This document shows, in pieces, positions 39,521-54,181 of a stretch of DNA of 64,000 nt; within the stretch, counting starts at the first letter, position 1; each line of letters starts with the position of its first letter. The translations under genes were made by a program, and so were the position numbers. The notes beneath the pieces were generated by a model. The model searched no databases and had not been told where the DNA came from. It saw nothing but the letters and a program-made list of their open reading frames with translations. The stretch comes from Octopus vulgaris (taxonomy: Eukaryota). The stretch spans positions 13,268,001 through 13,332,000 of the forward strand of contig OX597825.1 in NCBI GenBank assembly GCA_951406725.2, written 5' to 3'.

Positions 39521-40739
39521 ACATTTATATATACATGCATTAACACACATACATATAGATAGAGGGATTGATTGATAGATATTCTCAAGTAGCGATTGAC
39601 TTTTAATTATGAATTGATACACATTTGTCTTTTTCTCGTCATTATTTTGAATCCATACAAATATATATATATATATATATACATTTACACACGTACACAA
39701 TCTAGTATATATGATGAAGCGTGTGTCTGTGATTCCCTACCCTTTTTCTTTCACTAGAGAGAGGGACAGACAGACAGTCAGAAAGAAAAATACTTAAGAA
39801 GAACGAAATAAACATTTATAAAGCGAGAAAAATTATAAAGCCTAATGTCAAATAAGCCAGCGTCGAATTAGTGCCAATTTTAAGTGTGGACATGAGGTCG
39901 CTGTAAAGATAATTTATGAACACACACACACACAAGCACACACACTCACACAGAGTTTCTATCTACCAAAGATTCTCAGAAGGCATTGATCATCTTTTAA
40001 CTGCATAGGGAAACGCTCGAGATACCATGATGTGAGGTTGAACGCAAAACCATGTGGTTGCGAAGCTAAACAGCTGACGTTAGCTAAAATTTGAACCTAG
40101 AGCGAGGTAAATTGCCGCCAGGTTCGATATCGGCCGCTCCAATTATTCTCCTAAAGAAATTCACGCAATTTATACGGGCGTTGAAATAACAACAACAACA
40201 ACAACACAACAGCAGCAGCAACAACAACAATAACAGCTCCTGTTGTGTCGTGCTTCACTAAACATTAACAAACCAAACGCATAAACTTGAAGCCGGAGTC
40301 AATAAGGACGGCCCACAACAATAAAAATTATTGGGTTGATAGCAACAGCAACAACTACAACAATAAAGGCAACAACAATAACGTGATAAAGTATGATAAA
40401 CGTTTTAGACGAAAGAGAGAAGAAAAAAAAGCAGCTTTGATAAAAAATTTCTTGTCAACAACTGCAAGAATTATTGACTGGAAAAACAACAACAACAATA
40501 ACAATAGCAACATCATCATCATCATCATCATCATCATCAATAGCAACAACAATAACAGCTTTAAACGCTGCGTTTGAAAAAGATATATGTTAAATAAAGG
40601 CCGCTTATCAGTGACTATCACTAATTTTGGTGGTGATTTCAGCAACAGCTGAAATATCAGCGTTCTAACTATGTCAAACAGTAATAGCAATAAATTTACG
40701 CCCAGCGAAATAAAAACAGGTTAAATCTATGTGATAAAC

Positions 40740-41120
40740 ACTGGAGACTTTGTTGTTCAGGATGGAAGGCAGCATGGTCCCAGAGGTAGTTTTCTGAGTC
40801 GAACTGCGTTAGGGCAGGCGGAGCCACGGTGGCCAGAGGTTGCGATACAGGGGTACGCTGAAGAAACATATGGGGAACTCCGGTATCTCTTCCAGGCGCC
40901 TGGGAGGAGAAGGTCCTGTGGTGCGATGAATGGCACCGTTCGCTGAAGCTCGTACTTTCAGCCATTGGGGTGGAAAAAAAATGAGAGAATACGAAAGCGC
41001 ACATGAGAGATATCAGTTCTCTACTTCTCTCGTTACTTTAAGTTGCTTCAGTTGCAACAGATGTCATCTCTGCTGCAGATCAAGAACAGACCTTGTAGCC
41101 CACATGTGAGGCTTGCCAGA
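40740..41120 (+). mobile_element. RTE-clade LINE 3' remnant
   Basis: LFRMEGSMVPEVVF*VELR*GRRSHGGQRLRYRGTLK and terminal CNRCHLCCRSRTDLVAH zinc finger, typical of the RTE/BovB C-terminus. Confidence 0.8.
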
Positions 41121-41773
41121 GATGATTTCTGAACAAAAACAGTTAACGTCGATCTACGACGGACAGCCTGAGATGAAGCATATAATCCGGCGAATACGAT
41201 GCGCTATTTTTGTAAACTTAAATGTAACAGTCGCGTGGTATGTGTCTTATGCCATAGTACTTATGGATAGTGTATGCATATATGATGAAGCATATTAAAT
41301 TTCCTTGTAGTATTTACACATAATATAGTTGTAAAGTAGGGATGCATCATATACCAGAGTGCGTGCTGTACACCGGCAAATAGAGTAGGATGCTTTATTT
41401 GCTACACGTAGTTTTAGGTTCGGTTGCAGTGCTCGATAGATGTGGTATAAAGCTTATACTCAAGTAAATCTATACTTCCTGTGGGAGTAAAGTTTTGCTG
41501 AGAGAAAATGTGGAGAAGTCCATCGTCTACAGCTATCTATCTATCTATCTATATCTTTTTTTTTATTCTTTTTATTCTTTTTATTTTATTTTATTTTATT
41601 TTTTTTGTTCTTTTCTTCCCTTTTACGATCCCTCTTGATCGAAAACCTACGCCACCCCCCTTTTTTTTCTTTTTTTTTGTTTTCTTCATCCCTCAAAAGA
41701 AAAGCTCTACCTTGGAACTTGTCCCATCTGTGTGCAGCCCTGTGAGGCCAATAAAGAAACTTATCTATATCTA

Positions 41774-41775
41774 TC

Positions 41776-41806
<31 letters not shown>

Positions 41807-42183
41807 CTGAAGTTGTCTGTGTATGGCAGGTTTGGTAGCCTTCAACTAACACTATCTCCTCCGAGACCCTGCGGCGCAAGTTGACCAAAATTGAGAGTAT
41901 GATAGAAGAAGAGTTGCTCTTCTTTCCGAAGAAGATAACATTCAAATCGGACTATGTTAAGACTAAAAATTAGTTACATCAAAAAGATGCTTTTTTTTTC
42001 TATGAAAATCCCTATTTTTACGATTTTTTTTTACTGCTGTGTCACTATTTTTCGGTGTATTTCAACCGGGAAAATGTTCACGTAAAGAGAATAACAAGCT
42101 ACATAATGCAAAATTTTTAATTTTCAAAAATTCCAATTCTAAAGGGTCGAAACAAACCCGAGCAACGCCGGGTGATACTGCTA

Positions 42184-42184
<1 letters not shown>
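41774..42184 (+). mobile_element. Complete non-autonomous Helitron
   Basis: 5' TCTATATA.., 3' cccgagcaacgccggg hairpin 42157-42172 and CTAG|T; 5' boundary ambiguous within (TATC)n. Confidence 0.88.
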
Positions 42185-42244
<60 letters not shown>

Positions 42245-42695
42245 ACACACATATACAAGTATGTGTGTATGTATGTGTATGTAAGCATGTATGTATAATG
42301 TGTGTGTATAGTAAATGCAGCACAGCTGGATATCGGGTACGTGAGAAAGCAACAAGCTTTTCGATAAGAAATGCTTTATATCTTTTAAAATCAATATATT
42401 CGACTACTAAGAACGAATGTCTTTTTTCCTGTGGTCAAATCACAAAATAAATGATTTTCGATTTACCTTAGAGGAAAAAATTTTAACAGCGTAATCACGG
42501 ATGTTGTGCCATGTATGCTAAGAGTTTTAAACATCTAATACATTAATATGTGTTGTATTCATCATGAAAGATGTGTCTATATTTCAAAACAGAATCATGT
42601 GTTGAATGTAGTAATTTAATGTTTTAACTACAGAAAAATATCTGGATTGAACAGAGAATCTGGAAACATTTTGAAGTATCCAAATGTAGGATATG

Positions 42696-42911
42696 CTCTT
42701 TTACTCTTTTACTTGTTTCAGTCATTTGACTGTGGCCATGCTGGAGCACCGCCTTTAGTCGAGCAAATCGACCCCAGGACTTATTCTTTGTAAACCTAAT
42801 ACTTATTCTATCGGTCTCTTTTGCTGAACCGATAAGTGACGGGGGACGTAAACACACCAGCATCGGTTGTCAAGCGATGTTGGAGGGACAAACACAGACA
42901 CACAAACATAT

Positions 42912-43000
<89 letters not shown>

Positions 43001-43165
43001 CGACGGGCTTCTTTCAGTTTCGGTCTACCAAATCCACTCACAAGGCTTTTTGGTCGGCCCGAGGCTATAGTAGAAGACACTTGCCCAAGGTGCCACACAG
43101 TGGGACTGAACCCGGAACCATTTTGTTGGTAAGCAAGCTACTTACCACACAGCCACTCCCGCGCC
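42696..43165 (-). mobile_element. Full-length SINE B
   Basis: Head, internal (TA)n, tail ...gaaacaagtaaaagagtaaaagag. Confidence 0.93.
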
Positions 43166-44276
43166 TATGATGATTTATCGTGCCATGGGGTTAATTGGTT
43201 CTGTGAAGGACCCATGTTCAAGCGCTTTAATGGGCTGAAATATGAAGTGAAATTCTTCGTGCATGTTAAAGGCATTCTCATCGTGGAATTTACAGGACCA
43301 AAAATTGTTTTATGGTTTAGCATTTCGATCGATATCAGTTGCTACATAAATATCGAAATTGAAAAGGCCGGATGGACTGATTAACTCTCTTCTTACAAAT
43401 ATGAAGAACTCGAATCAATGCCGCAATTGTTCGCGAATCAACTATTCCAACAATACAAGAACAGATCCAAGAATCGATGGTGCTGTAATTGCCAGAAACT
43501 GTTTCAGTCTTTTGAAATAATTTCAAAAGAGGTTTTAACAAAATCATGAGCCCGAATTACGAATAAGCGAAACTCCTTTTGATGTGATGTTAGATAAAAC
43601 TCCCTATTTCTTGCTAATCGAGATAATTTGCTTACAATTGGATAATATTTTGATATCGAAAATTTAATAGTTTACCAATTATGGAATTTATGCATTCTAT
43701 GCAGATATTCAAAAAAATAATCCGCTTTTGAGGAATCGTGTTTTGTAACATTGTAAACTATCATTTCATAGTTTTGGTACTTCTCTATTTTGTACGTTTT
43801 TTTTTTTTTCGACTTAAAAGTTAGCTCAAGAATATCTCCATTTTAGATATCTTCGTAATATTCTTGTAAACAAGGAAAATTTATAGAAGCTATTCTCTTA
43901 TGTGACCTTTGAGATATCTATAGCAAAGCAGAATTAATATTCTCATTAAGATACATGGTAAAAATATTCTTTAGATTTATATCATTATGCGTTGTGTTCA
44001 CTTTGATGTAACAAAATAACTGATTAATTAATGCATTATAACTTTCTAATTAATGGTTTCATGAGATTGCATAAATAGCCGTGAATATATAACATGAAAG
44101 ATTCATTATTTTTTCTCAGCACAGATACGCCTCCACAGATCCTTATATACTCGCAGTGCGCCCCTGTTACCAAAAATGCTGACTAACCAACTTTAGTCTA
44201 CGTAGTGACTTAACCCTCTAAAGAAATTGTATTAAAATCATTATGTTTTAAAAACTGGAGAAAATATAAAACAATG

Positions 44277-44480
44277 GAGTAGGAGTGGCTGTGTGGTAAA
44301 TAACTTGTTTACCAACCACATGGTTCCGGGTTCAGTCCCACCGCGTAGCACGTTGGCCAAGTGTCTTCTACTATAGCCTCGGATCGACCAAAGCCTTGTG
44401 AGGGGATTTGGCAGACGGAAACTGAAAGAAGCCCGTCGTATATATGTATATATATATATATATGGATATGTGTGTGTCAA
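44277..44480 (+). mobile_element. SINE B 5' part
   Basis: Matches other B copies. Confidence 0.88.
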
Positions 44481-44668
44481 GTTCAAGTGAGTTCTGTTGA
44501 ATTCACATGAATATGGTACTTAACTTGGATGCACCAGAAATCTATATGGTGTTAACCATACGACAATGCGGGGTGATTATAAATATTTACTACAATTTTT
44601 GTAGCCTTAATAAAGATGTCTTCGTACGAAACAATTGTACCGAAATATTGATCCATTCTTGTTGCTTT

Positions 44669-44739
<71 letters not shown>

Positions 44740-45216
44740 ATATTTCGGAATGGTCATTTTGCCAGTTTAGCCAAATGCCACATGTTCAGAAGGTTCTGAG
44801 ATGTAGGATTTCTGTGGAGTTACCTTCTCTCAGATGAGTGGCTAAAGAGCTGATGAATCTCTGTAAATGACCATCTTCCGGAGGCATGTCTGTGACATGC
44901 TCAATTTCCCATTGCTTGGACACTGGTAGATGTTACTGCTCCGGGTCAGAATAATCCTCAAGACAACAGTGGCCCAGAGGTGGTTCCGCAAAACACGAGA
45001 GCTTCCGAACCAGGGCCCCACTACCTGTTGCAGTTCAAGGTCATACTCAGGGCATATATACGATATAACATAGACATACGTTGACAGTATTGTTATTGTT
45101 TAATTTCATGTCAGACATACTCGAGTAGGAGATGTCACTGCTGGAACGCCGTTGTTGAATGCGGTTGTGAAAGTCCCTGTCTATTATTTGAGACTTAGTA
45201 TTTCTCCAACCACATT

Positions 45217-45440
45217 ACTCTTTTATTCTTTGACTCTTCTGCTTGTTTCAATCATTTGACTGCGGCCATGCTGGAGCACCGCCTTTCATCGAGCAAATCG
45301 AACCCAGGACTTATTCTTTGGAAGCCTGGTAATTATTCTATCGGTCTCTTCTGCTGAACCGCTATGTTACGGGGACGTAAACACACCACCATCGGTTGTC
45401 AAGTGATGTTGGGGGGACTAACACAGACACACAAACATAC
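45217..45440 (-). mobile_element. SINE B 3' part
   Basis: Matches other B copies. Confidence 0.88.
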
Positions 45441-45452
45441 ACACACACACAC

Positions 45453-45509
<57 letters not shown>

Positions 45510-45821
45510 CACACGCACGCACACACACACACACACACATACACACACACACACGTGCAGACACTCATTTCACTGCGGCCATACTGGGGCACTGCCTCGA
45601 AAGGTTTTAAGTCAAAATCATCCCCGGTATTTATATTTTAAATCAAGTGCTTATTGTACCGGCTCTTTGTTTTTTTTTAATGCTAAACCACAGGTTTACA
45701 AGGACGTAATGAAACCAACAACGGTTGTCAAGCACACGCACACACGCACGCACAAACATTCGCATACACATACGCACGCAAGCATCCGCAATTTATTCAC
45801 TCTGCAGTATTATTTAACCCA

Positions 45822-46216
45822 AGGGCGTCGAGCTGGCAGAATCGTTAGCACACCGGGCGAAATGCTTAGTGGTATTTTGTCTGCCGCTACGTTCTGAGTT
45901 CAAATTTCGCCGAGGTCGACTTTGCCTTTCATCCTTCCGGGGTCGATTAAATAAGTACCAGTTACGCACTGGGGTAGATGTAATCGACTTAATCCGTTTG
46001 TGTGTCCTTGTTTGTCCTCTCTGTGTTTAGCCCCATGTGGGTAGTAAAGAAATAGGTATTCCCTTTGCCATTACGTTCTAAGATCAAATCCGCCGAGGTT
46101 GACTTTGCCTTTCATCCTTTCGGATCGATACATTAAGTACCAGTTACGCACTGGAATCGATGTAATCGACTGGCACCCTCCCCCAAAATTTCGGACCTTG
46201 TGCCTAGAGTAGAAAA
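45822..46216 (+). mobile_element. SINE A dimer
   Basis: Full monomer, junction aagaaata|ggtatt near 46055, headless monomer. Confidence 0.9.
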
Positions 46217-46926
46217 TGTTATTGTTTAACCCAGCTTGTCACGTAGTGGGACTGAACCCGAAACCACATGGTTGTAAGCCAAGTTTCTTAACCACACAGC
46301 CATGTAGAAGTGTATGTGTGTGCGCGCGTGCGTGTGTAAGTATGTGTGTATGTGTTAGTATAGGTATGTAAAGGTGCATATGTATTGTGAGTGTGTGTGT
46401 GTGAGAGAGTGCATGTGAGTGTGTATGTGTGTGTGAAGGTGCAGATGCGTGTGTATGCGTGCATGCATGTTCGCATGAGTGTGTGTAAAGGTGTGATTTG
46501 TGTGCGTATGTGTATGCGAGTACGTTTATGCATGTTTACATTTGTGTATGATGTACTCTCTGTGTGCGCATGCGCGCGTACGCGTCTGTGAGCATGTGTG
46601 TGTATGCATGCGTATTTTTCTGTGTGCATGTTACGCATGTGTGTCACAATTCTGAACATGCATAATGGAAGCCCGGCCGGTCAATTGCCCGACCAATGGA
46701 GATAAGGAGTTTGCAGCATTCAATACTTTATCAGTTCATTATTATCGATTAATGTGCACTAAAACTCTCCCTGTCTAGAACAATGGGCCACGGAATGTGT
46801 ATTTATACATATTTCATTAACAGTTCGCACACTTTGAAAAGGGCAACGAGAGCAGATATTGACAAGACCCATTGTCTCACATTGACAAACAGGAAAGATA
46901 TAAGGACGTTTATATACATCGTCTTT

Positions 46927-46978
<52 letters not shown>

Positions 46979-47075
46979 CATACATGCATACAAACATGCA
47001 TACATACATACTCGTGTATGTGTATAAATATTTCTGTGTATGTATGTATGTATGTATCTATCTATCTATATAATG

Positions 47076-47168
<93 letters not shown>

Positions 47169-47280
47169 TGACAACAAAAGAGTGAGACCTTATTATGTAA
47201 ATAGAGAATTACTTTTATATGTATATTTTAGGACAATCAGTAAGTTGTCCTAATAGTACTCAGAGTTTCAAATGCCGGAG

Positions 47281-47477
<197 letters not shown>

Positions 47478-47604
47478 TTTCCCAGATTCGTAATGTGATT
47501 TCTGAATAAAATCGTATTAACCCCGTTTTATACGATGAAACAATACAGTTTCTGATCCTTTTTAGGAACAGAAAGCACTTTCATGCAAACCAATGCAAAT
47601 TGTA

Positions 47605-47773
47605 CCCTCGCCCAGGACGAAATGTTTCGTGGCATTTCGTGGGTCTGTCGATTTTGCCTTTCATCCTTTCGGGGTCAATAAATTAAGTACCAGTTAAACA
47701 CTGGGGTCGATATATTTAACTAGTCCTCTGCCCCCGATTTGAGACCTTGTACCTCCAGTAGAAAGGACTATTA

Positions 47774-47806
<33 letters not shown>

Positions 47807-47807
47807 A

Positions 47808-47878
<71 letters not shown>

Positions 47879-48092
47879 ACATCATCATTTAGATAGCAAG
47901 CTGGCAAAATTATTAGCACGCCGGATGAAATGCTTAGCGACACTTTGTCCGTGCTTACGTTTCTGAGTTCAAATTCCATCAGGGTCGACTTTACATTTCA
48001 TCCTTTCGCGATCGATAAATGAACATAGTGGGTTCGATGACACCGACTAGTCCTCTCCCTCCAAAATTTCAGGCCTTATGCCTACAAGCAGA
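47605..48092 (+). mobile_element. Two diverged SINE A copies separated by (TTG)(TTA)(TCA)n
   Basis: gcctttcatcctttcggggtc and ctgagttcaaattccatcagggtcgactt. Confidence 0.75.
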
Positions 48093-48142
48093 ATTATTAT
48101 TACCATTATTATTATTTTCATTATTATTATTATTATTATTAT

Positions 48143-48698
48143 TGAGTGAGAGAGCAGTTCATGCCATCAAAGTGACACTGGGGTAAAATATACGAAGCCC
48201 AATATACCCATCATGACTACCCGTCTGATAAAGGTACACCAGGCACATGCATCACAACCATATGTGCGCAACATGGTGATCTCATATCAAGATAAACAGC
48301 ACATGACCTTGCAGGTGGGGCCCAGTTAGAATTTTCTTCATTTTGAGTAGCCCATCCTGCTCAAACGGTCCCTGAATAAGGGTTGTTTAAGGATGTTGAA
48401 AGAACCACCCATGTTTCCACAGGTGAACTATTCAAACCCCAAAGAATCCCTCTCAACACATGGCTATGATGCTCCCCCACTACTTCTGCTCGTGATCAGA
48501 GATGCACATATCGTCAGCCACTAAGGGACATGCTCAACTGGTTAAGGTCAAACAACTGACAAGCAAATCTGTGGTATTGAGCAGAATATTTGCTGTAGCC
48601 CATCTTTTATACCAAGACAAAACAATGTACATGATAACACTTCCAATCAGTTAAGATCAGAAGCCATGAGAGCCACTGCCTGGTACTGCATCAGGGCA

Positions 48699-48699
<1 letters not shown>
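48143..48699. mobile_element. ~560-bp non-coding segment flanked on both sides by (ATT)n; probable interspersed repeat
   Basis: Sharp boundaries against (ATT)n; single copy here, so repeat status rests on recall. Confidence 0.55.
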
Positions 48700-48773
<74 letters not shown>

Positions 48774-48812
48774 CATTATTATTATTATTATTTTCATTAT
48801 TATTATTATTAC

Positions 48813-48845
<33 letters not shown>

Positions 48846-49428
48846 CATTATTATTGTTATTATTATTATTGTAATTATTATTATTGTTGTTGTTGTTGTT
48901 ATTATTCATCTTGATCATGCGTATTCATCGTTATTTTATTTATTTCACACAATGTTAAAAAAAGAAATTGAAAGATGTCTGACAATTCCGGACCGTATTG
49001 AACTTATTTTGTGCGTGACTTTTGGCCCAATCTTTGTGCGCGCGCGCGTGTGTGTATTTATATGTATCTACGTGCACACATGTATAGAAAGTTATAAGGA
49101 TATATATAAGTGTATATACACCTATATCTTTACACAAGCACAACCTCCCTGATATATAAGGAATGTGTGTGTCCGTGTATATATATAGATATATGTATAT
49201 ATGCATTTATGTGTGTGAGTGTGTATATGTACATATATATGTCTGTGTATGTATGTATCTATCTATTTGTGTGTGTATGTATGCATGTGTGTGTGTGTAT
49301 CTGAGTTTGTGTGTGTATGTGTGTGTGTGTGTGTGTGTTGAATGTCAGTTATATACATTTGTCTGCTATTGTTCCGAATATTTTGGCATTGTGTTGTCTC
49401 TTTGTTGCCCCAGCCACAAAGATCTCAA

Positions 49429-49870
<442 letters not shown>

Positions 49871-50438
49871 ATTAGCATATTTATCAATATTGTTGTTGTT
49901 GGTGTTTCTGTTGTCTTTGTGGCTTTTGTCGCCATTATTTCTGTTCTTCTTGTTGCTGTCATTGTTGTCATTTCGACTATTGTTACTCTTGTTCGTTGCG
50001 AATAGTCACGTTTCCCAGTGTTCTGTATAAAACATATTTTCCTCACGGATTTCCGAGCGAAAAAATTTACCTTTAGTTTTTTTTTTTGTTCTTTTTCCCC
50101 CCACCAAAGGGCTTCGGAACATCCGAGTGTTTGTCTACCCAATAATGTGCGTTGGAGAAAGCTTTTGTCGTTAAATATTCCAAACGTAACACATTTTAAC
50201 CATTTATCGTTCATTGTCAATATTGCAATATTTTGCCTCTTCAAAAGCCATCGGACGAGAGATTCCTCACACTGGTGGTCGCGGTAGAGTTTATTATAAA
50301 CATGCTTGCAATCATGAGGTCCAGGTTTTAGTTCACCTGCGTGGCACCTTGGGTAAGTGTATTCGACAATAGCCTCGTACCGACCAAAGCCCTGTGAGTG
50401 AATTTGGTTGACGGAAACTGAAAGAATCCCGTCGTATA

Positions 50439-50469
<31 letters not shown>

Positions 50470-50647
50470 ATTTAGAAACAAACCACTATTTAGTTATTCC
50501 ATCAATAGTGAAAAGATATCTATAATAACCACATAGAAATTAATTAAATATCTTAAATTATTATACTAGAATTCTCATAACAAATCAAACATTAAATTGA
50601 CTACGCGCGTTTCATGTCTAAATATATAAATCGATATATTTGTCTCT

Positions 50648-50688
<41 letters not shown>

Positions 50689-50726
50689 AGGTAGAGGCAG
50701 ACAGACAGACATATAGATAGATAAAT

Positions 50727-50803
<77 letters not shown>

Positions 50804-50959
50804 TAGAGAGATGATCTGTGAATGTAAGATCCAAGGATCATGGAAGTATCCCTCGTTGGGTAATTGTACTTTCGCGGTTACGCTAGCTTGGAAACATTTA
50901 GTCTGGATTTTACTTGTTCCATTTCCTAAATTTGGATATATACGCACACACGCACGCAC

Positions 50960-51019
<60 letters not shown>

Positions 51020-51304
51020 GCACACACATAAGTGTGTATGTATGTATCTGTGTGCGTGTGCATGTTTGTTCCCCATCACTTCTTGACAGCCGGTGTTGGT
51101 TTGTTTACGTCACTGTAACCTTCGAGAATCGGAATAAATACTAACCCCCACCCCTACCTCTACCCCTACCCCTACCCCCAAAACGAAATACCGGGGTCGA
51201 TTTCTTCGACTAAAACACTTCAGTCAGTGCTCCAGCATGGCCGTAATACAATAACTAAAAGATGCTAAAACATACCCGTTATACGTTATAATATGACCTA
51301 AATA

Positions 51305-51637
51305 CACATTTCGTTTTTGGATTTGGTTTGCAAGATTCTTTATATGAATTCGTGTGTTGAAGCATATTATGTTGTGTCTGCGGAGAGTCATTTTCTTTTT
51401 GTGCCTTATAATGTAAAATTTCCATTTCACCGGTAAAATGTCCACTTTTTTCTTATTTTTATTTTCCTAAAATTTTTGTTGCGTCTTGCAAAAACTATTG
51501 AAAAGGTTGCAAAACGCAACGAAAATTTTAGGAAAATAAAAATAAGAAAAAAGTGGAAATTTTACCGGTGGGTGTGTTACATTATACGGCACAAAAAGAA
51601 AATGGCTCTCTCCAGACACAACTAAATATACATGCTT
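51305..51637. mobile_element. Foldback element family F2
   Basis: Inverted arms 51360-51490 / 51507-51637. Confidence 0.85.
51495..51532 (+). ncRNA. Hammerhead-like fold with U3-A8 core
   Basis: cta-TTGAAAA-G-GTTGC-aaaac-GCAAC-GAAA-AT-TT-tag; stem I only 3 bp. Confidence 0.55.
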
Positions 51638-51970
51638 TCTCAATTTTTTTCTTTTCATATAATGCAATATTAATACACCTTGTCGTTAAATTTCACCAAT
51701 AATTCATAATAACCTACACTGCAAGACCAATTCACGGCATTCCAGAACATTCTAGCTTTAAGTCACTAAAATATTTAAAGGAAGCCGCTTGGAGTTTAAG
51801 ACAGTTGCTCTTAGATAACTGACAGTTCAGATATACTGTCAAATAGCGCAAAACAAGTGAAATAAATATTCTTGCAATGAAGGTAATTTTCAAAAGTATA
51901 TTTTGTAGTTTTACCTAAATCTTTAAAGTTGTGTCCTAACCAAATGTTTTAAAGAAAAATAAAGTTTTAG

Positions 51971-52173
51971 CACAGCTCTATATTTAAGAGATGAGGAATT
52001 ATGTACATCGAATGGGAACCCAGGTTCGAAATTTCCCAAAGATACTTGATGAAGACTGGAGAGTATATCAGTCGAAGAGTTGTGTTAACAACAAACAAGA
52101 TGACAAATATCCGTGAAATGTAAATAATGTAAATAATGTATATAATTCCTCATCTCTTAAATATAGAACTGTG
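51971..52173 (+). mobile_element. Family H element, copy 3, 5'-truncated with inverted copy of its own 3' end
   Basis: 51971-52008 is the reverse complement of 52136-52173 (2 mismatches); decayed HHR at 52041-52086. Confidence 0.85.
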
Positions 52174-52209
52174 TTTTCTCTTAGTGTTATTTGTAGAATT
52201 TCTAAGTTA

Positions 52210-52360
52210 GGAACAAATCGACTCCAAGACTTGTTCTTTTTATGCCTAGTACTTACCCTATCGGTCTCTTTTGCCAAACGACTAAGTTACGGGGGAACGT
52301 AAACACACCAACATCAGTTGTCAAGCGATGGTGTGGGGACAAATACTGACACGCATGCAT

Positions 52361-52396
<36 letters not shown>

Positions 52397-52582
52397 ACAC
52401 ACACACATATATATATATATGAACGACGGATTTGTTTCAGTTTCCGTCTACCAAATCCACTCACACAGCTTTGGTCAGCCCGAGACTATTGTAGAAGGCA
52501 CTTGCCCAAGGTGCCACGCAGTGGGACTGAACCTAGAACAATGTGGTTGGTAAGGAAGCTACTTACCACACAGCCATGCCTG
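52210..52582 (-). mobile_element. SINE B
   Basis: Matches other B copies. Confidence 0.88.
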
Positions 52583-52645
<63 letters not shown>

Positions 52646-53088
52646 CACTTAGAAGCACTGAGTGAGTTGGGTTTTTTTTTACAGAAAAGTGAAATCTCGA
52701 ACGCAGAATAGCTGTCAAAACAGCTCAGAAAATTGGGTAAATATCCTTAGACGGCAGAAAAGAAGGTACCAGCAGGCAGCTGTATTTTTCAGATACCGTG
52801 TGAGCGATGTCCATGTATGTATGTATGCATGCATGCGTGTATGCATGCGTGTATGTATGTATGTATGTATGTATGTATGTATGTATGTATGTATGTATGT
52901 ATGTATGTATGTTGGAATATAAGCTGGTGTTAGAACTCAATGCTCTGTGAGTGCAGTAACAGCTGTAAACGGGTGAAGATCAGACCGTAATTGTTTCTTC
53001 CTTTCTCACCCCCAGTTCTTATTGCCGCTCTATACTCAAATATGCAAATACAACGAAAATTAAATCGTAAACGTATTAGCACGCACAT

Positions 53089-53129
<41 letters not shown>

Positions 53130-53416
53130 CATATATATATATTATATATTATATATATATATTTCATATATATATATATATATATACATACATATATATA
53201 TATCTATTATATATATATATAAATACGTGTGTGTATTCCATCTGTCTGTTGATCCCATTAGAGTCGAAGGGATCAAATCGGGATCAACCAAATCCTAACT
53301 CCTCAGCGTCAATAGCTCCCTCTCCATTCACAAACAGATGTGACAATAGGAAAATCTGGTCTCTCGGTGTAATCCTACCGCCATTCTTTAATTCTCTTCT
53401 TCTTCTTCTTCTTCTG

Positions 53417-53509
<93 letters not shown>

Positions 53510-54181
53510 GTTATTATTATTATTATTATTATAGTCATTGTTGAGGTCTTCCTCCTTTATAGTCCGGTTGTGTTTCCTACCTGCACTGTCCCCAGATGTC
53601 TTGTACCCTTATGCCCAATAAAAAGACACCCCATTGTTGTGTTTCTTCTTGTTGCTATATTTAATGTTCTTGTTTTTTTGTTCTTGTTGCTGTAACTGAG
53701 ATGTACGAGTTGAAATAAAAGAAGTCGTTTGTCTGACTATAACAAATGGCTTCCTTTCTTCATAAACTTTGAATTTTCCCATCCTCGCCATGTTGAAGAT
53801 AAATCAATACCAAAGACGTGTTGGAGCCGATAAGACCAACCAAACCCTGGCGTCGAGCACCAGTTTCTCATTCCTTCCTGGCGCTACCTTTGGCTGCAAA
53901 TGTGCGATACTGAAGCCAGACAATAATTCACACTTTTTAAGCGACAAGATAGCAGAATCGTTAGCACACCGGACAAAGGGCGAAACAGCATTTCGTCCGT
54001 CTTCAAGTTCTGGGTTCAAATTCTGCCAAGATCGACATATCTTTTCATTTTTTTCGAGGTCGATAAAATAAAAACCAGCTGAGCACTGGGTAAAGGTATA
54101 CCGCTAATAAAGGCCGGTTTCCCAGTTTCCATGATGTATATATTCTCTCCCTGGACAGGACGCTGGTCCGTTACAGGGTTC

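Noticed and set aside
44810-45055. RTE-type 5' UTR / HDV-like ribozyme remnant
   Set aside because: Only a vague resemblance from memory; nested pseudoknot could not be built
53230-53395. Possible coding exon, likewise 19027-19227 and 55880-56120
   Set aside because: No recognisable homology or convincing splice-site pair; small exons cannot be excluded without RNA-seq
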